From Eisenbergiella tayi (GTDB lineage: Bacteria > Bacillota > Clostridia > Lachnospirales > Lachnospiraceae): a stretch of 64,000 nucleotides of DNA. A program made the position numbers and the translations under genes. Where the stretch lies: NCBI RefSeq assembly GCF_001881565.1, contig NZ_MPDJ01000001.1, positions 125,966 to 189,965 of the forward strand, given 5' to 3'. The notes under the pieces were generated by a model that did not search any database, was not told the DNA's origin, and worked only from the letters and a program-made list of their open reading frames with translations. Positions 17,601-25,874 of this stretch are shown one piece after another; position 1 is the first letter of the stretch, and the number at the start of each line of letters is the position of its first letter.

Positions 17601-19237
17601 CCTTCGGCTCCGATGTATACGGTGGTCGAGGTCACGATGTGCTCACGGATTGCATCGATGGGCGGATTGGTTACCTGGGCAAAAAGCTGTTTGAAATAAT
17701 GGAACAGCGGATGGTAGGTTTTGCTCAGGAAAGGCAGAGGAGTGTCCACACCCATGGCAGCAATCGCTTCCCCACCGTTTTCAGCCATAGGAAGGATGCT
17801 GGTTCTCATCTCATCATAGGTGTATCCGAATGCCTTCTGAAGACGGTGCCTCTCCTCCGCGGAGAACTCAGGAACCCGTTCATTGGGGATTTTCAGATTT
17901 TTCAGCTCCACCAGGTTATTATCCAGCCATTCGCCGTAAGGCTGGCGGGATGCATAGGCTTCCTTGAGCTGGTCATCGTCAATCACCTCACCCCTCCGGG
18001 TATCCACAAGCAGCATCTTGCCGGGGCGCAGACGTTCCTTTACCTTGATTTTGGTAGGCTCGATATCCAGAACCCCCACCTCAGAGGAAAGGATCAGCTG
18101 ATCATCCTCTGTGATCAGATAGCGGGAGGGACGCAGGCCGTTGCGATCCAGAATGGCTCCCATGATATCCCCATCAGAAAAAAGTATGGAGGCCGGGCCG
18201 TCCCATGGCTCCATCATGGTTGCATAATATTGATAAAAATCCCTTTTTGACTGGGACATGGTCTTGTTGTTTGCCCAGGGCTCGGGAATGGTGATCATGA
18301 CGGCCAGAGGCAGATCCATGCCGCTCATCACCAGAAATTCCAGTGTGTTATCCAGCATGGCGGAATCGGAACCGTTGGGGTCAATCGCCGGAAGCACCTT
18401 GTGAAGGAGGCCATGAAGATGCTCGGATTCCATATTTTCCTCACGGGCCAGCATCTTGTCATAGTTGCCCCGGATCGTGTTAATCTCTCCGTTATGGACG
18501 ATAAAACGGTTGGGATGAGCCCTTTCCCAGCTGGGATTGGTGTTGGTGGAAAAACGGGAATGCACGATTGCAATAGCTGATTCGTAATCCTCGCTCTGCA
18601 GATCCGTAAAAAAGGTACGGAGCTGCCCCACCAGAAACATTCCTTTATATACAATCGTCCGGCTGGACAGTGATACTACATAAGTGTTGTCGCTGGACTG
18701 TTCAAAAACCCGGCGCGCCACATAGAGCTTCCGGTCGAATTCAATCCCTTTCGGCGTGTTCGCAGGCTTCTTAACAAACCCCTGCATAATGCACGGCATA
18801 CACTCTACCGCCCTCTGTCCCAAGACATCAGGGACACAGGCCACCTCGCGCCAGCCCAAAAATTCCAGTCCTTCTTTTTCCACGATGATTTCAAACATCT
18901 TCTTAGCCTGGTTTCTTTTCAGCTCATCCTGCGGGAAAAAGAACATGCCTACGCCGTATTCCCTTTCTCCGCCCAGCTGAATCCCCAGAGGCTTTGTCAC
19001 TCTTTTAAAAAATGTATGAGGCACCTGGGTCAGAATTCCCACGCCGTCGCCGGTCTTTCCTTCAGCGTCCTTTCCGGCACGGTGCTCCAGGTTCTCCACA
19101 ATCTTCAGGGCATTTTCCACGGTTGCCCTGGATTTGGTTCCTTTGATGTTTACGCAGGCACCAATGCCGCAGTTATCATGCTCAAACTGCTGTCTATAAA
19201 GCGGTGCTTCGGGAACTTCCTTTTTCACATCAAACAT
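14693..19237 (-). CDS. gltB: Glutamate synthase large subunit
   Basis: N-terminal Ntn amidotransferase with Cys (FEHDNCGIGA). Central and FMN-binding domains. C-terminal GXXDGG beta-helix region. Start MFDVKK after GGAGAGGAG (ORF extends to 19318). Confidence 0.9.
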   Translation of the reverse strand: MFDVKKEVPEAPLYRQQFEHDNCGIGACVNIKGTKSRATVENALKIVENLEHRAGKDAEGKTGDGVGILTQVPHTFFKRVTKPLGIQLGGEREYGVGMFFFPQDELKRNQAKKMFEIIVEKEGLEFLGWREVACVPDVLGQRAVECMPCIMQGFVKKPANTPKGIEFDRKLYVARRVFEQSSDNTYVVSLSSRTIVYKGMFLVGQLRTFFTDLQSEDYESAIAIVHSRFSTNTNPSWERAHPNRFIVHNGEINTIRGNYDKMLAREENMESEHLHGLLHKVLPAIDPNGSDSAMLDNTLEFLVMSGMDLPLAVMITIPEPWANNKTMSQSKRDFYQYYATMMEPWDGPASILFSDGDIMGAILDRNGLRPSRYLITEDDQLILSSEVGVLDIEPTKIKVKERLRPGKMLLVDTRRGEVIDDDQLKEAYASRQPYGEWLDNNLVELKNLKIPNERVPEFSAEERHRLQKAFGYTYDEMRTSILPMAENGGEAIAAMGVDTPLPFLSKTYHPLFHYFKQLFAQVTNPPIDAIREHIVTSTTVYIGAEGDVLEEKAKNCNVLKVNNPILTNTDLMKIKSMKEDGFKTAVVPITYYKNTKLERAIERLFVEADRVYREGANILILSDRGVDENHVAIPSLLAVSALNQHLVKTKKRTSVALILESGEPRDVHHFATLLGYGACAINPYLAQESIKELIDNKMLDKDYYAAVNDYNKAILNGIVKIASKMGISTIQSYQGSQIFEAIGIDEDVINKYFTNTVCRIGGTSLEDMEKEVDALHSMAFDPLGLATDLTLDSPGHHKMRSGGDEHLYNPATIHTLQEATRRGDYELFKQYTALVNDENSIKNLRGLMDFKYPEKGIPLEEVESVDSIVTRFKTGAMSYGSISKEAHETMAIAMNILHGKSNSGEGGEDVERLSVGPDGLNRCSAIKQVASGRFGVTSQYLVSAQEIQIKMAQGAKPGEGGHLPGGKVYPWVAKTRHSTPGVGLISPPPHHDIYSIEDLAQLIYDLKNANKYARISVKLVSEAGVGTVAAGVAKAGAQVILISGYDGGTGAAPKSSIHNAGLPWELGLSETHQTLIQNGLRQRVRIETDGKLMSGRDVAIAAILGAEEFGFATAPLITMGCVMMRVCNLDTCPVGVATQNPELRKRFRGKPEYVINFMRFIAEELREYMAKLGVRSVDELVGRTDLLAQKENLTPAQKKIDISGILGNPYAGKPGSIFDPKKVYDFALEKTLDEKVLLKQMTKAMENGQKRSIEVDVANTDRAFGTILGSEITRKFGTSLEDDTYRVLCKGAGGQSFGAFIPKGLTLELVGDSNDYFGKGLSGGKLIVYPPKGSRFKSEENIIIGNVALYGATSGKVFVNGVAGERFAVRNSGCLAVVEGVGDHGCEYMTGGRVVVLGHTGKNFAAGMSGGIAYVLDEGNDLYIRLNKEMVSSHEITSKYDIQELKEMIQEHVAYTNSEKGKEILEHFEEYLPKFKKIISHDYERVLTTIVQMEEKGLSAEQAQIEAFYANMRK

Positions 19238-19281
19238 AATCTTACTCCTCTCCCTGTGCGTTTTAATCTCTGCTCCTCTGT

Positions 19282-19298
19282 CATCACGTATCCTCAGG
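19282..19298. promoter_or_regulatory. Perfect 8-1-8 palindrome (cgtatcct-c-aggatacg) in the gltB leader; operator candidate
   Basis: Exact inverted repeat ~45 to 60 nt upstream of the gltB ATG, next to a small hairpin with a T-run. Confidence 0.4.
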
Positions 19299-19394
19299 AT
19301 ACGCAAAAAAGGCCGCAAAGAGACTTAAATCCGCCTCTTTGCGACCTGTGGGTTATTATAAAGCAATTTTTATCATTTGTAAACAGGAAATTTT

Positions 19395-19409
19395 TTTAAA
19401 TTATCAGAT
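19395..19409. promoter_or_regulatory. 15 bp palindrome aattatcagataatt, CodY-box-like, with two further TTATCTGA motifs nearby in the gltB promoter region
   Basis: Two symmetric mismatches from the CodY consensus AATTTTCWGAAAATT. Related motifs ttatctgacaat and ttatctgatttc lie at ~19447 and ~19478. Confidence 0.3.
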
Positions 19410-19510
19410 AATTTGATAATATCTTATTTTCGCATAAATTATCTGACAATTTATACATATGTATCCATTATTACTGTAGTTATCTGATTTCATACTCCTT
19501 TTGAAATCAT

Positions 19511-20623
19511 TCAGGACGCATCCTTTCCCACTGTCAGTTCGGAAAGCTGTTCCAGGACACTTTTTCCGCCGTTCAGTGTAATATTACCCACCTTATCACA
19601 GATTTTCTCCAGATATTCCATTTCCTTAAGGCGCATGAGGGTCTTGTTTTCCTCCATCAGCCTCGCCGTATTCAGAAGGCTGCGTGTGGAAGCCACCTCT
19701 TCCCTGCGCATAATGACGTTGGCCTGAGCCTTTTTCTCCGCTACAAGCACGGTGTTCATAATATCCCTGATTTCACCGGGGAGGATGATGTCCTTAATTC
19801 CTGCGTTTACAATTTCCACACAGTATTCTTCCTCATTGGCCTTCATTTTTTCCAGAATGATTCCCGACAGCTCCTCTTTCTGGGAAAGCAGTTCATCCAG
19901 GCGGTATCTGCCCACATGCTCCCGGAGGATGAGCTGGGCACGGGTATAGAGCAGCGAAGCCACACCGTCCACCTTTTCCACCAGCTTTTCCGGATTGGTA
20001 ATCCGATAATTCATCACCACATTCAGGCGCACTCCCACTTTATCCGCGGTAAGGATTTCCTGGCCGGTAATGTCCAGCTGCTGGATTTTCATATTGAAAA
20101 TCTTACAGCTCACCTCCCGGCCGTAGTTCCAGAAATAATACGTGCCCGTGCCCAGACGCTTTTCAAAACGCAAATCATAGTACAGAAGGCCTGTTTCTCC
20201 GTCCTTAATCGTAATCTTCTTGTAGTATTTAGCAGGCATCAAATCCATGTAAATACGGGGAAGGGTATCCTCCATACAGGGCTGGGTAATGTCCACCATC
20301 TGGAATTCGTTCTTTTCATATACATTCCAGAACAATGTTTCCGCCCGGGTGAGCACCTCCCGGTAAGCCTTATTCACAAAACGGAGGGCAATACATTCAT
20401 CAGGAATAACTGCCTTTACCACCCGTGATGCGAAGCCTTTATCCTGCATGAGAATTTCCTCGGGGATGCCGCAGGTTTTTACCTCTCCTGTCATAGGGAC
20501 GATTTCCACCGTATAGCCGAAAGCCCTGGGATATGTATATTTACCGGCTGTAAGCAGACGCAGGAATTTACCGTTCCTGCACAGATAGCCGCATTCCTGT
20601 TCTTTGATAATAAAGTTTGTCAT
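19511..20623 (-). CDS. SPFH/Band-7 (stomatin/slipin-like) domain protein with a ~150 aa N-terminal extension and no obvious TM anchor
   Basis: SPFH-type region VGVRLNVVMNYRITNPEKLV...RDIMNTVLVAEKKAQANVIMRREEVASTRSLLNTARLMEEN. AGGAAG ribosome-binding site. Confidence 0.55.
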   Translation of the reverse strand: MTNFIIKEQECGYLCRNGKFLRLLTAGKYTYPRAFGYTVEIVPMTGEVKTCGIPEEILMQDKGFASRVVKAVIPDECIALRFVNKAYREVLTRAETLFWNVYEKNEFQMVDITQPCMEDTLPRIYMDLMPAKYYKKITIKDGETGLLYYDLRFEKRLGTGTYYFWNYGREVSCKIFNMKIQQLDITGQEILTADKVGVRLNVVMNYRITNPEKLVEKVDGVASLLYTRAQLILREHVGRYRLDELLSQKEELSGIILEKMKANEEEYCVEIVNAGIKDIILPGEIRDIMNTVLVAEKKAQANVIMRREEVASTRSLLNTARLMEENKTLMRLKEMEYLEKICDKVGNITLNGGKSVLEQLSELTVGKDAS

Positions 20624-20849
20624 GTTCTCTTACTTCCTTTCTTGTCTTACTTGTGAAAAAAGCATCCTGCTCCGCTTCCTCACCCATTGGCGGGTCCGAT
20701 TTTCAGCTTCTTTGAAAGCGGGAGGGTGGCATGCGCCGTACCCGGCGCCGCCTGCCTCACGCCCGCCGAAGCGGTATCCAAAGGGACACTGGCCGCAGAA
20801 TGAGACTGCGAAGACGGAACAGTTTCTTTTTTCTGTAATGTGATCGCTA

Positions 20850-21010
20850 TACCCGCTTAGCTACGTGTTGTACACGGTGGGATTCGAACCCACGACAAAT
20901 CATAATCTTTCGGACTTTCCTGACAGGCAGGAATTTATCCTTATGCAAACTGTCCGGAATACCTTTCCGCCAGAGGCGGAGGCACCGGTGAGGCACGCCG
21001 TGTCATCCGG
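20850..21010 (-). ncRNA. tRNA-like fragment (T-arm GTGGG-TTCGAAT-CCCAC plus 3' hairpin) downstream of rtcB; not a complete tRNA
   Basis: Minus-strand ...gtcgtgggttcgaatcccaccgtgtacaacacg. Canonical T-loop and stem, but no matching 5' acceptor strand, D-arm or anticodon arm could be built. No CCA. Confidence 0.3.
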
Positions 21011-21049
21011 TTTCCCGAAAATACACGGCCCTGTAAACCTCCCACAGTT

Positions 21050-22285
21050 TCATCCTTTAATAACGCCAATGGTTTTCAGCCGTTTTACAGGCACCACCAA
21101 ATCGGTCTGGTTATCCATGACGTCTTCGATATTTTTATAGGCAAACCGGCTTTCTTCCGCCACATCCGCCTTTCCCTTTTTTCCCAGAATAACGCCCTGC
21201 TTCTGCAAATCCAGCATGACTTCTTCACAGGTGAAGGCCGCCATGGCTCCCTTCCGGGAATACTGCCGTCCCGCCCCGTGAGAGGAAGAGCAGAAGCTTT
21301 CCGGATTTCCTTTGCCCATCACCACATAGCTGTAGCTTCCCATGGCTCCGGGTATCACCGCCAGTTCGCCGTTCCTCGCCCTGACCGCACCTTTCCGGTG
21401 GACCCATACATTTTCTCCATAATGATTCTCCAGGGCGGCATAGTTATGGTGGCAGTTGATATCGCCGGAAAATTCCAGGGTGAGATCGGTATATTTTCCG
21501 ATCCATTTTTCCAGGATTGCCTTCACGGCCAGCATCATCTTTTCTCTGTTTTCTTTGGCAAAATCCATGGAAAGCTGCATCCAGTTCAAATAATGCGCCC
21601 CTTCCTTTGTATCCACCGGCAGGAAGGCCAGCCGGTATTCATCGGGCACCTGGCTGTACCATCTCTGATTGAGTTCACGCGCTTTGGCATGAAAATAATC
21701 GCAGACGGATTTTCCAAAATGCCGGCTTCCGGAATGAAGCATCACCGCAAGGTATCCGTTATCATCTTCCTGAAGCTCGATAAAATGATTTCCTCCTCCC
21801 AGCGTCCCTATCTGAAAATATCCCGCCTCCAGTTGGCCCAGAAGCTCGGCATCCTCTTCATAACGGTCCATTTCCTCAAACGCGACATCCAGGGTGTAAC
21901 AGGGCATTTCTGTTTTGTGGTGGGCAAAGCCTACCGGAATATTACGCATGATATCCCCGACAATGGCCTGAATCAGGCTGCCATTTCCGGTCATTACATT
22001 TCTGATGTCCTCTACCCGTATGTTCGTCTCGGTATAAGCCATGCCGCAGCCGATATCCACGCCTACGGCATTGGGAATCACCACGCCTTTGGCGGCTATG
22101 ACTCCTCCGATGGGCATGCCCATTCCGGTATGGGTATCGGGCATCAGGCTTACCCATTTATGCAGAAAGGGAAGACGGGATAAATGATATGCCTGTTCCA
22201 TACACCCCTTTTCCAGATCCTTTTCCTCCTTAAGCCAAACCCTGACCGGAACCTTCATGGTGTCCGCATTATACATTACAAACAT
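21050..22285 (-). CDS. rtcB: RNA-splicing ligase RtcB (3'-phosphate/5'-OH RNA ligase)
   Basis: Metal and GTP motifs DTHTGMGMPIGGV, GGGNHFIEL, NCHHN, SSHGAGR. Start MFVMYN after an AGGAAGTGAGG ribosome-binding site (ORF extends to 22351). Confidence 0.9.
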   Translation of the reverse strand: MFVMYNADTMKVPVRVWLKEEKDLEKGCMEQAYHLSRLPFLHKWVSLMPDTHTGMGMPIGGVIAAKGVVIPNAVGVDIGCGMAYTETNIRVEDIRNVMTGNGSLIQAIVGDIMRNIPVGFAHHKTEMPCYTLDVAFEEMDRYEEDAELLGQLEAGYFQIGTLGGGNHFIELQEDDNGYLAVMLHSGSRHFGKSVCDYFHAKARELNQRWYSQVPDEYRLAFLPVDTKEGAHYLNWMQLSMDFAKENREKMMLAVKAILEKWIGKYTDLTLEFSGDINCHHNYAALENHYGENVWVHRKGAVRARNGELAVIPGAMGSYSYVVMGKGNPESFCSSSHGAGRQYSRKGAMAAFTCEEVMLDLQKQGVILGKKGKADVAEESRFAYKNIEDVMDNQTDLVVPVKRLKTIGVIKG

Positions 22286-22683
22286 ATCCTCACTTCCTTT
22301 CTGTTCATTGATCCGGAATACAGGATGTGTATTGTTTACAGATGCCTGCACCGGTTTTTGTATATTTGCAAATGTATCTTGGTTACAGGTTTATCATAAG
22401 GGGAAAATTGGTAATTATCATTTAAAAAAAGTTGCGAGGTTATGGAGAGAAAGAAAATGCTGGTTATACAGGGCTGATTTTTATCTGTAAACAGAGGGAT
22501 TTTAAAGAAGGATGGGTACTCATTTTCACTTGCCTGAAATAAAGTTCGAATTTGTGAGTATAAGAAATGCATATTAATTCGTCCATTTTTATTCCGACTA
22601 TAAGTTTTAAACTATATATACTCTTTTAATAGCATTTGTTATAATAAATTTATGAAATAACTTTTATTCAAGGGGGTATGTTT

Positions 22684-23217
22684 ATGCCGTATGCTCTAGT
22701 AGGATATTTTGATAAAGAAACGGATCATAAGATAAAAAATTTATGGATGTGCCTTGCCGATGCTGGCATTGATGATTATTTATCTAATTCAGAAAATAAT
22801 CCTCATATAAAATTTATGATGTATCAAAATGCAGATATTGATAAAATAAAAGAAGTTCTGTTTAGTCTATCGAAAACTATTTCCAAATTCCCTATTCATT
22901 TTAAGACATATAATTTTTATCCTAACGAAAAACCCTTTATTAGTATAGATATGGCTGCTGCAAAGCAAATTCTGGATTTACAAACCAAAATCAGAAGTGA
23001 ATGTGATCGATATGGTGAATTATTTGGTTTTGATGTATTTAATGAAGGAATATGGAAACCGGACTGTCAGTTGACCATAGAAATCAGTAAAGAAAAACTG
23101 CTTAAAGCAATAGCTATTTTATTAGATACTGAATTACCTTTTAATGGCACACTAGAACGAATCGGTGTGATAGAGTTTCATCCAGCAAAACAATTATTCT
23201 CTTTTGACTTACAATAA
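22684..23217 (+). CDS. Hypothetical low-GC protein; possible degenerate 2H-phosphoesterase (LigT-like) fold
   Basis: ~30% GC against ~50% for neighbours. ~178 aa with two half-motifs in LigT-like positions (PHIKF, QLTIEI). Ribosome-binding site before the second ATG. Strong hairpin terminator follows. Confidence 0.4.
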   Translation: MPYALVGYFDKETDHKIKNLWMCLADAGIDDYLSNSENNPHIKFMMYQNADIDKIKEVLFSLSKTISKFPIHFKTYNFYPNEKPFISIDMAAAKQILDLQTKIRSECDRYGELFGFDVFNEGIWKPDCQLTIEISKEKLLKAIAILLDTELPFNGTLERIGVIEFHPAKQLFSFDLQ

Positions 23218-23247
23218 ACCGTACGCTCCCACTGTTCAGCGCAAAAA

Positions 23248-23285
23248 CGCCGCCCGGTAATGATAAAAACCACTGCCGGGCGGCG
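23248..23285. terminator. Bidirectional hairpin terminator (cgccgcccgg...ccgggcggcg) between the low-GC gene and the HipA-like gene
   Basis: 10 bp GC stem. A-run upstream and T-run downstream on the minus strand. Confidence 0.65.
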
Positions 23286-23330
23286 CTGCACTTTATGAAT
23301 TATCAGTTTTTTAGTGTTTCACTATCTTTT

Positions 23331-24569
23331 TCAGGTTTCCTCCCCGCTGTATGCTACATCCTCCGCCACATCAGCCGCACGGTCATCAATGGGATATAAA
23401 TTTCGTCTTTCAACCACTACCTGAGCCAGCCGTTCCACGCGCCCCCGCAAAGCGGCGCAGAGAGCGTCTGCACGGGTCGTATCGATAAAGAGGGAGCCTT
23501 TTACCAGTTCCCGCAGTTCTTCGTCAATTCCTGCCAGTGCGTCAATATCCAGCCAGTCAAAAGAGGACACCAGCTTAATCTGCTCGTCATGAGTGGTCTT
23601 AAACGGCTTACTGGCTGCCTTTGCCCCGGCGCTTATCATCGTCCATGGCTTGTCAAACCAGAGGGACGTACCGCTGTCGTAAATCGGCGCACAGCCCGTC
23701 CATTCTAATGTGTTGACATTACGGACAGCGCCAAAATTATTCAGATGTCTGTCCTCGTTGACGATCAAATAATCCAATACCAGCATACGATCAAGACTAT
23801 CCCTTACGCCGGGGATACCCAACGCTTCACAGCAGTTCAGATAATGCTGATAAACCGAAACGTGATTGGGTTTTGGCTGTGTCTGATAAATGTGCCATGC
23901 CGTTACCAGCTCCGTATCCGGATCAATGAAATCCTCGCATACACTGTATGGGTAATCCTCCGGTACGGCCAGTGTATAAGGTACATGAGGAATATGCAGC
24001 CGCTCCATGATTCTGCTTGCCAGCACCTCGTTGTACGGCTCCTGCTGAGTCGCGCCGCTGCCGCCTTTAAGCAGAAAGCGTTTTCCATCCATGATCGTCC
24101 ATTTTTTCTTTAACCAGCCATCTGAGGTATTATCCGGTGACATCAGGCTTACCTCTCCTCCGCTGGATGGGTGCCCAAACAGGATATTACCAACATCTTC
24201 AGTAAAGGAATTTTCAAAGAAATTAACTTCATGCCATGAAACCTGTCTGTCGACAGGGCAAATCCAATACTGGTCCGACAGGGAAAGCCCAAGGCATTTC
24301 TCCAATAACGCATGCGGGGAACTGATGTGCAGTTCCTCCAGCGCATGGCGCAGACCGGATCTGCTTGCAGGGATTGCCCGTCCCTGCCACCATGCATTGA
24401 GCGCAGCGCGGTCAATTTTACCCTTTTTTACAGGGATACCCACCGGAATATGGGCCGTGTCAAATAACTCTACAACAGCGGAAACAGAGGCAGTCGCACT
24501 GTCCAGACGGATTTTGGCCACAGGGATTTCCTTATGCATTAAAATGTATGTTTGAATTGTTTCTACCAT
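23331..24569 (-). CDS. HipA-like Ser/Thr kinase family protein with no adjacent HipB
   Basis: HipA C-terminal catalytic motifs VLDYLIVNEDRHLNNFG and YDSGTSL. No XRE-type HipB upstream on this strand (68 bp gap to the next gene). Start MVETIQ after a GGAG ribosome-binding site (alternative 24638). Confidence 0.65.
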   Translation of the reverse strand: MVETIQTYILMHKEIPVAKIRLDSATASVSAVVELFDTAHIPVGIPVKKGKIDRAALNAWWQGRAIPASRSGLRHALEELHISSPHALLEKCLGLSLSDQYWICPVDRQVSWHEVNFFENSFTEDVGNILFGHPSSGGEVSLMSPDNTSDGWLKKKWTIMDGKRFLLKGGSGATQQEPYNEVLASRIMERLHIPHVPYTLAVPEDYPYSVCEDFIDPDTELVTAWHIYQTQPKPNHVSVYQHYLNCCEALGIPGVRDSLDRMLVLDYLIVNEDRHLNNFGAVRNVNTLEWTGCAPIYDSGTSLWFDKPWTMISAGAKAASKPFKTTHDEQIKLVSSFDWLDIDALAGIDEELRELVKGSLFIDTTRADALCAALRGRVERLAQVVVERRNLYPIDDRAADVAEDVAYSGEET

Positions 24570-24705
24570 TTTTCTAACTCCAGTCTTTTGTAGTGTTATT
24601 CTAACGAATTGCAGAAACTTAAACAAGCTGTTTTCCACATCAGCGCTCTACCTTTATCATAGCTTTTCCGGATCCGGTTATCAATGATACAATAAACTTT
24701 TTATA

Positions 24706-25587
24706 TTAATCTTCCAGTATCTCATGAACCTCTTCCGGAGTAATTCCGCATGTCTGCGCGACTTTTGCTTCACTCATGCCCTCCGCAGAAAGCTTTATTA
24801 CTTTTTTAGTCAGCAGAATCCCTTCCCTGAGGCCCTGCTTCTTCCCTTTTTTGATTGCATTCTCTTCAATCGCTTCACTCAGATTGCACATTTCACTCAG
24901 CTCCTCTCCCAGTTCATATTCCATTTTCATTCCGTAATCCCGCTCCAGCGACTCTTCTTTTTCCTTCCTGTCCATTTCTGGTGACAGAAGCGTATTCAGA
25001 AAACCATGGAGTGTTCCTTCGGTCCCCTTCTTAAGTTTATCATACTCGGAATTCGAAAATTCCCGGTCCAGCTGTTCAGACAGCATTCTGGCTCCATAAA
25101 ATATCCCGCGGGTTACAATACGGTATTTTACATAAAATTTCTTCTGGGCCTCCACGTTAATCAGCAGCTTGATTTCCGTTTTTTTGTTCTTGCCCGGCAG
25201 AAAAGCACGGAACCGGATATCGTAGGTTATCGTTCCCTCTCCCGGAACCTTGCTTTCCGTGTTCTCCCCGTTTATGAGCCGGTCATCCATTTTTTCTTCG
25301 CCGGGACACAGCGGTACGCTGGCTATTTCGATATCAGGCTCAATCCAGAGAGTTATTTCCTCCGGGGAATAAGAACGGTACCCCTCAATCGTACCTTTTA
25401 ATATCCGGGCCAGAACCTGCCGGCTCCCCAGGATACGTTTTACATGCTCGTCATACTGTGCCTTTATCCCGGCAGTGTCCAGCTCCCGGGATATCCATGT
25501 CTTTCTCTTCATCCATACCTCCTTGATGCGGCAGGGATCGAAAAAGCCATTTCGCCGGACTTCTGTTTCAATTCCTGCCATGTTCAT
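24706..25587 (-). CDS. Rpn family recombination-promoting nuclease / putative transposase (PD-(D/E)XK, YhgA-like)
   Basis: N-terminal YDEHVKRIL, like the Rpn HDxxFK block. Nuclease-core blocks TYDIRFRA and LINVEAQKK. C-terminal basic KKG-type repeat tail. Confidence 0.55.
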   Translation of the reverse strand: MNMAGIETEVRRNGFFDPCRIKEVWMKRKTWISRELDTAGIKAQYDEHVKRILGSRQVLARILKGTIEGYRSYSPEEITLWIEPDIEIASVPLCPGEEKMDDRLINGENTESKVPGEGTITYDIRFRAFLPGKNKKTEIKLLINVEAQKKFYVKYRIVTRGIFYGARMLSEQLDREFSNSEYDKLKKGTEGTLHGFLNTLLSPEMDRKEKEESLERDYGMKMEYELGEELSEMCNLSEAIEENAIKKGKKQGLREGILLTKKVIKLSAEGMSEAKVAQTCGITPEEVHEILED

Positions 25588-25830
25588 AAAATGTGATTCG
25601 TGGCAGAAACTGCCGGAATGTGCGAACGCACGTGTTTATATAAGACTATTATTATGATACTTTATCATTGTTAGAATGTCAACTTTTCTTTAGATTTTTA
25701 CCTTTTATTTTTGTTCCTTATATTTTCTGTCTTTGTGCCTTCACAGGCCTTTAACACTGACAGGGCATATATCCTTTTCAGTCGGAATATCAAGCATAAA
25801 ATCATTAAACAGAACCTCTGCAAAGGGAAA

Positions 25831-25862
25831 CAGGTAAGGTGCACAAAACAGCACCCTACCTG
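25831..25862 (-). terminator. Hairpin terminator downstream of the GH2 gene
   Basis: caggtaaggtgc...gcaccctacctg stem with a T-rich tract on the minus strand. Confidence 0.45.
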
Positions 25863-25874
25863 CCAAAATTCCCG

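Noticed and set aside
20850-21010. Possible complete tRNA or tmRNA gene on the minus strand
   Set aside because: Only the T-arm and a following small hairpin are present. No 5' acceptor strand complementary to cgtgtac, no D-arm or anticodon arm could be built, there is no CCA, and a ~350 nt tmRNA would have to overlap the well-supported rtcB CDS. Kept only as a tRNA-like fragment or mimic hypothesis.
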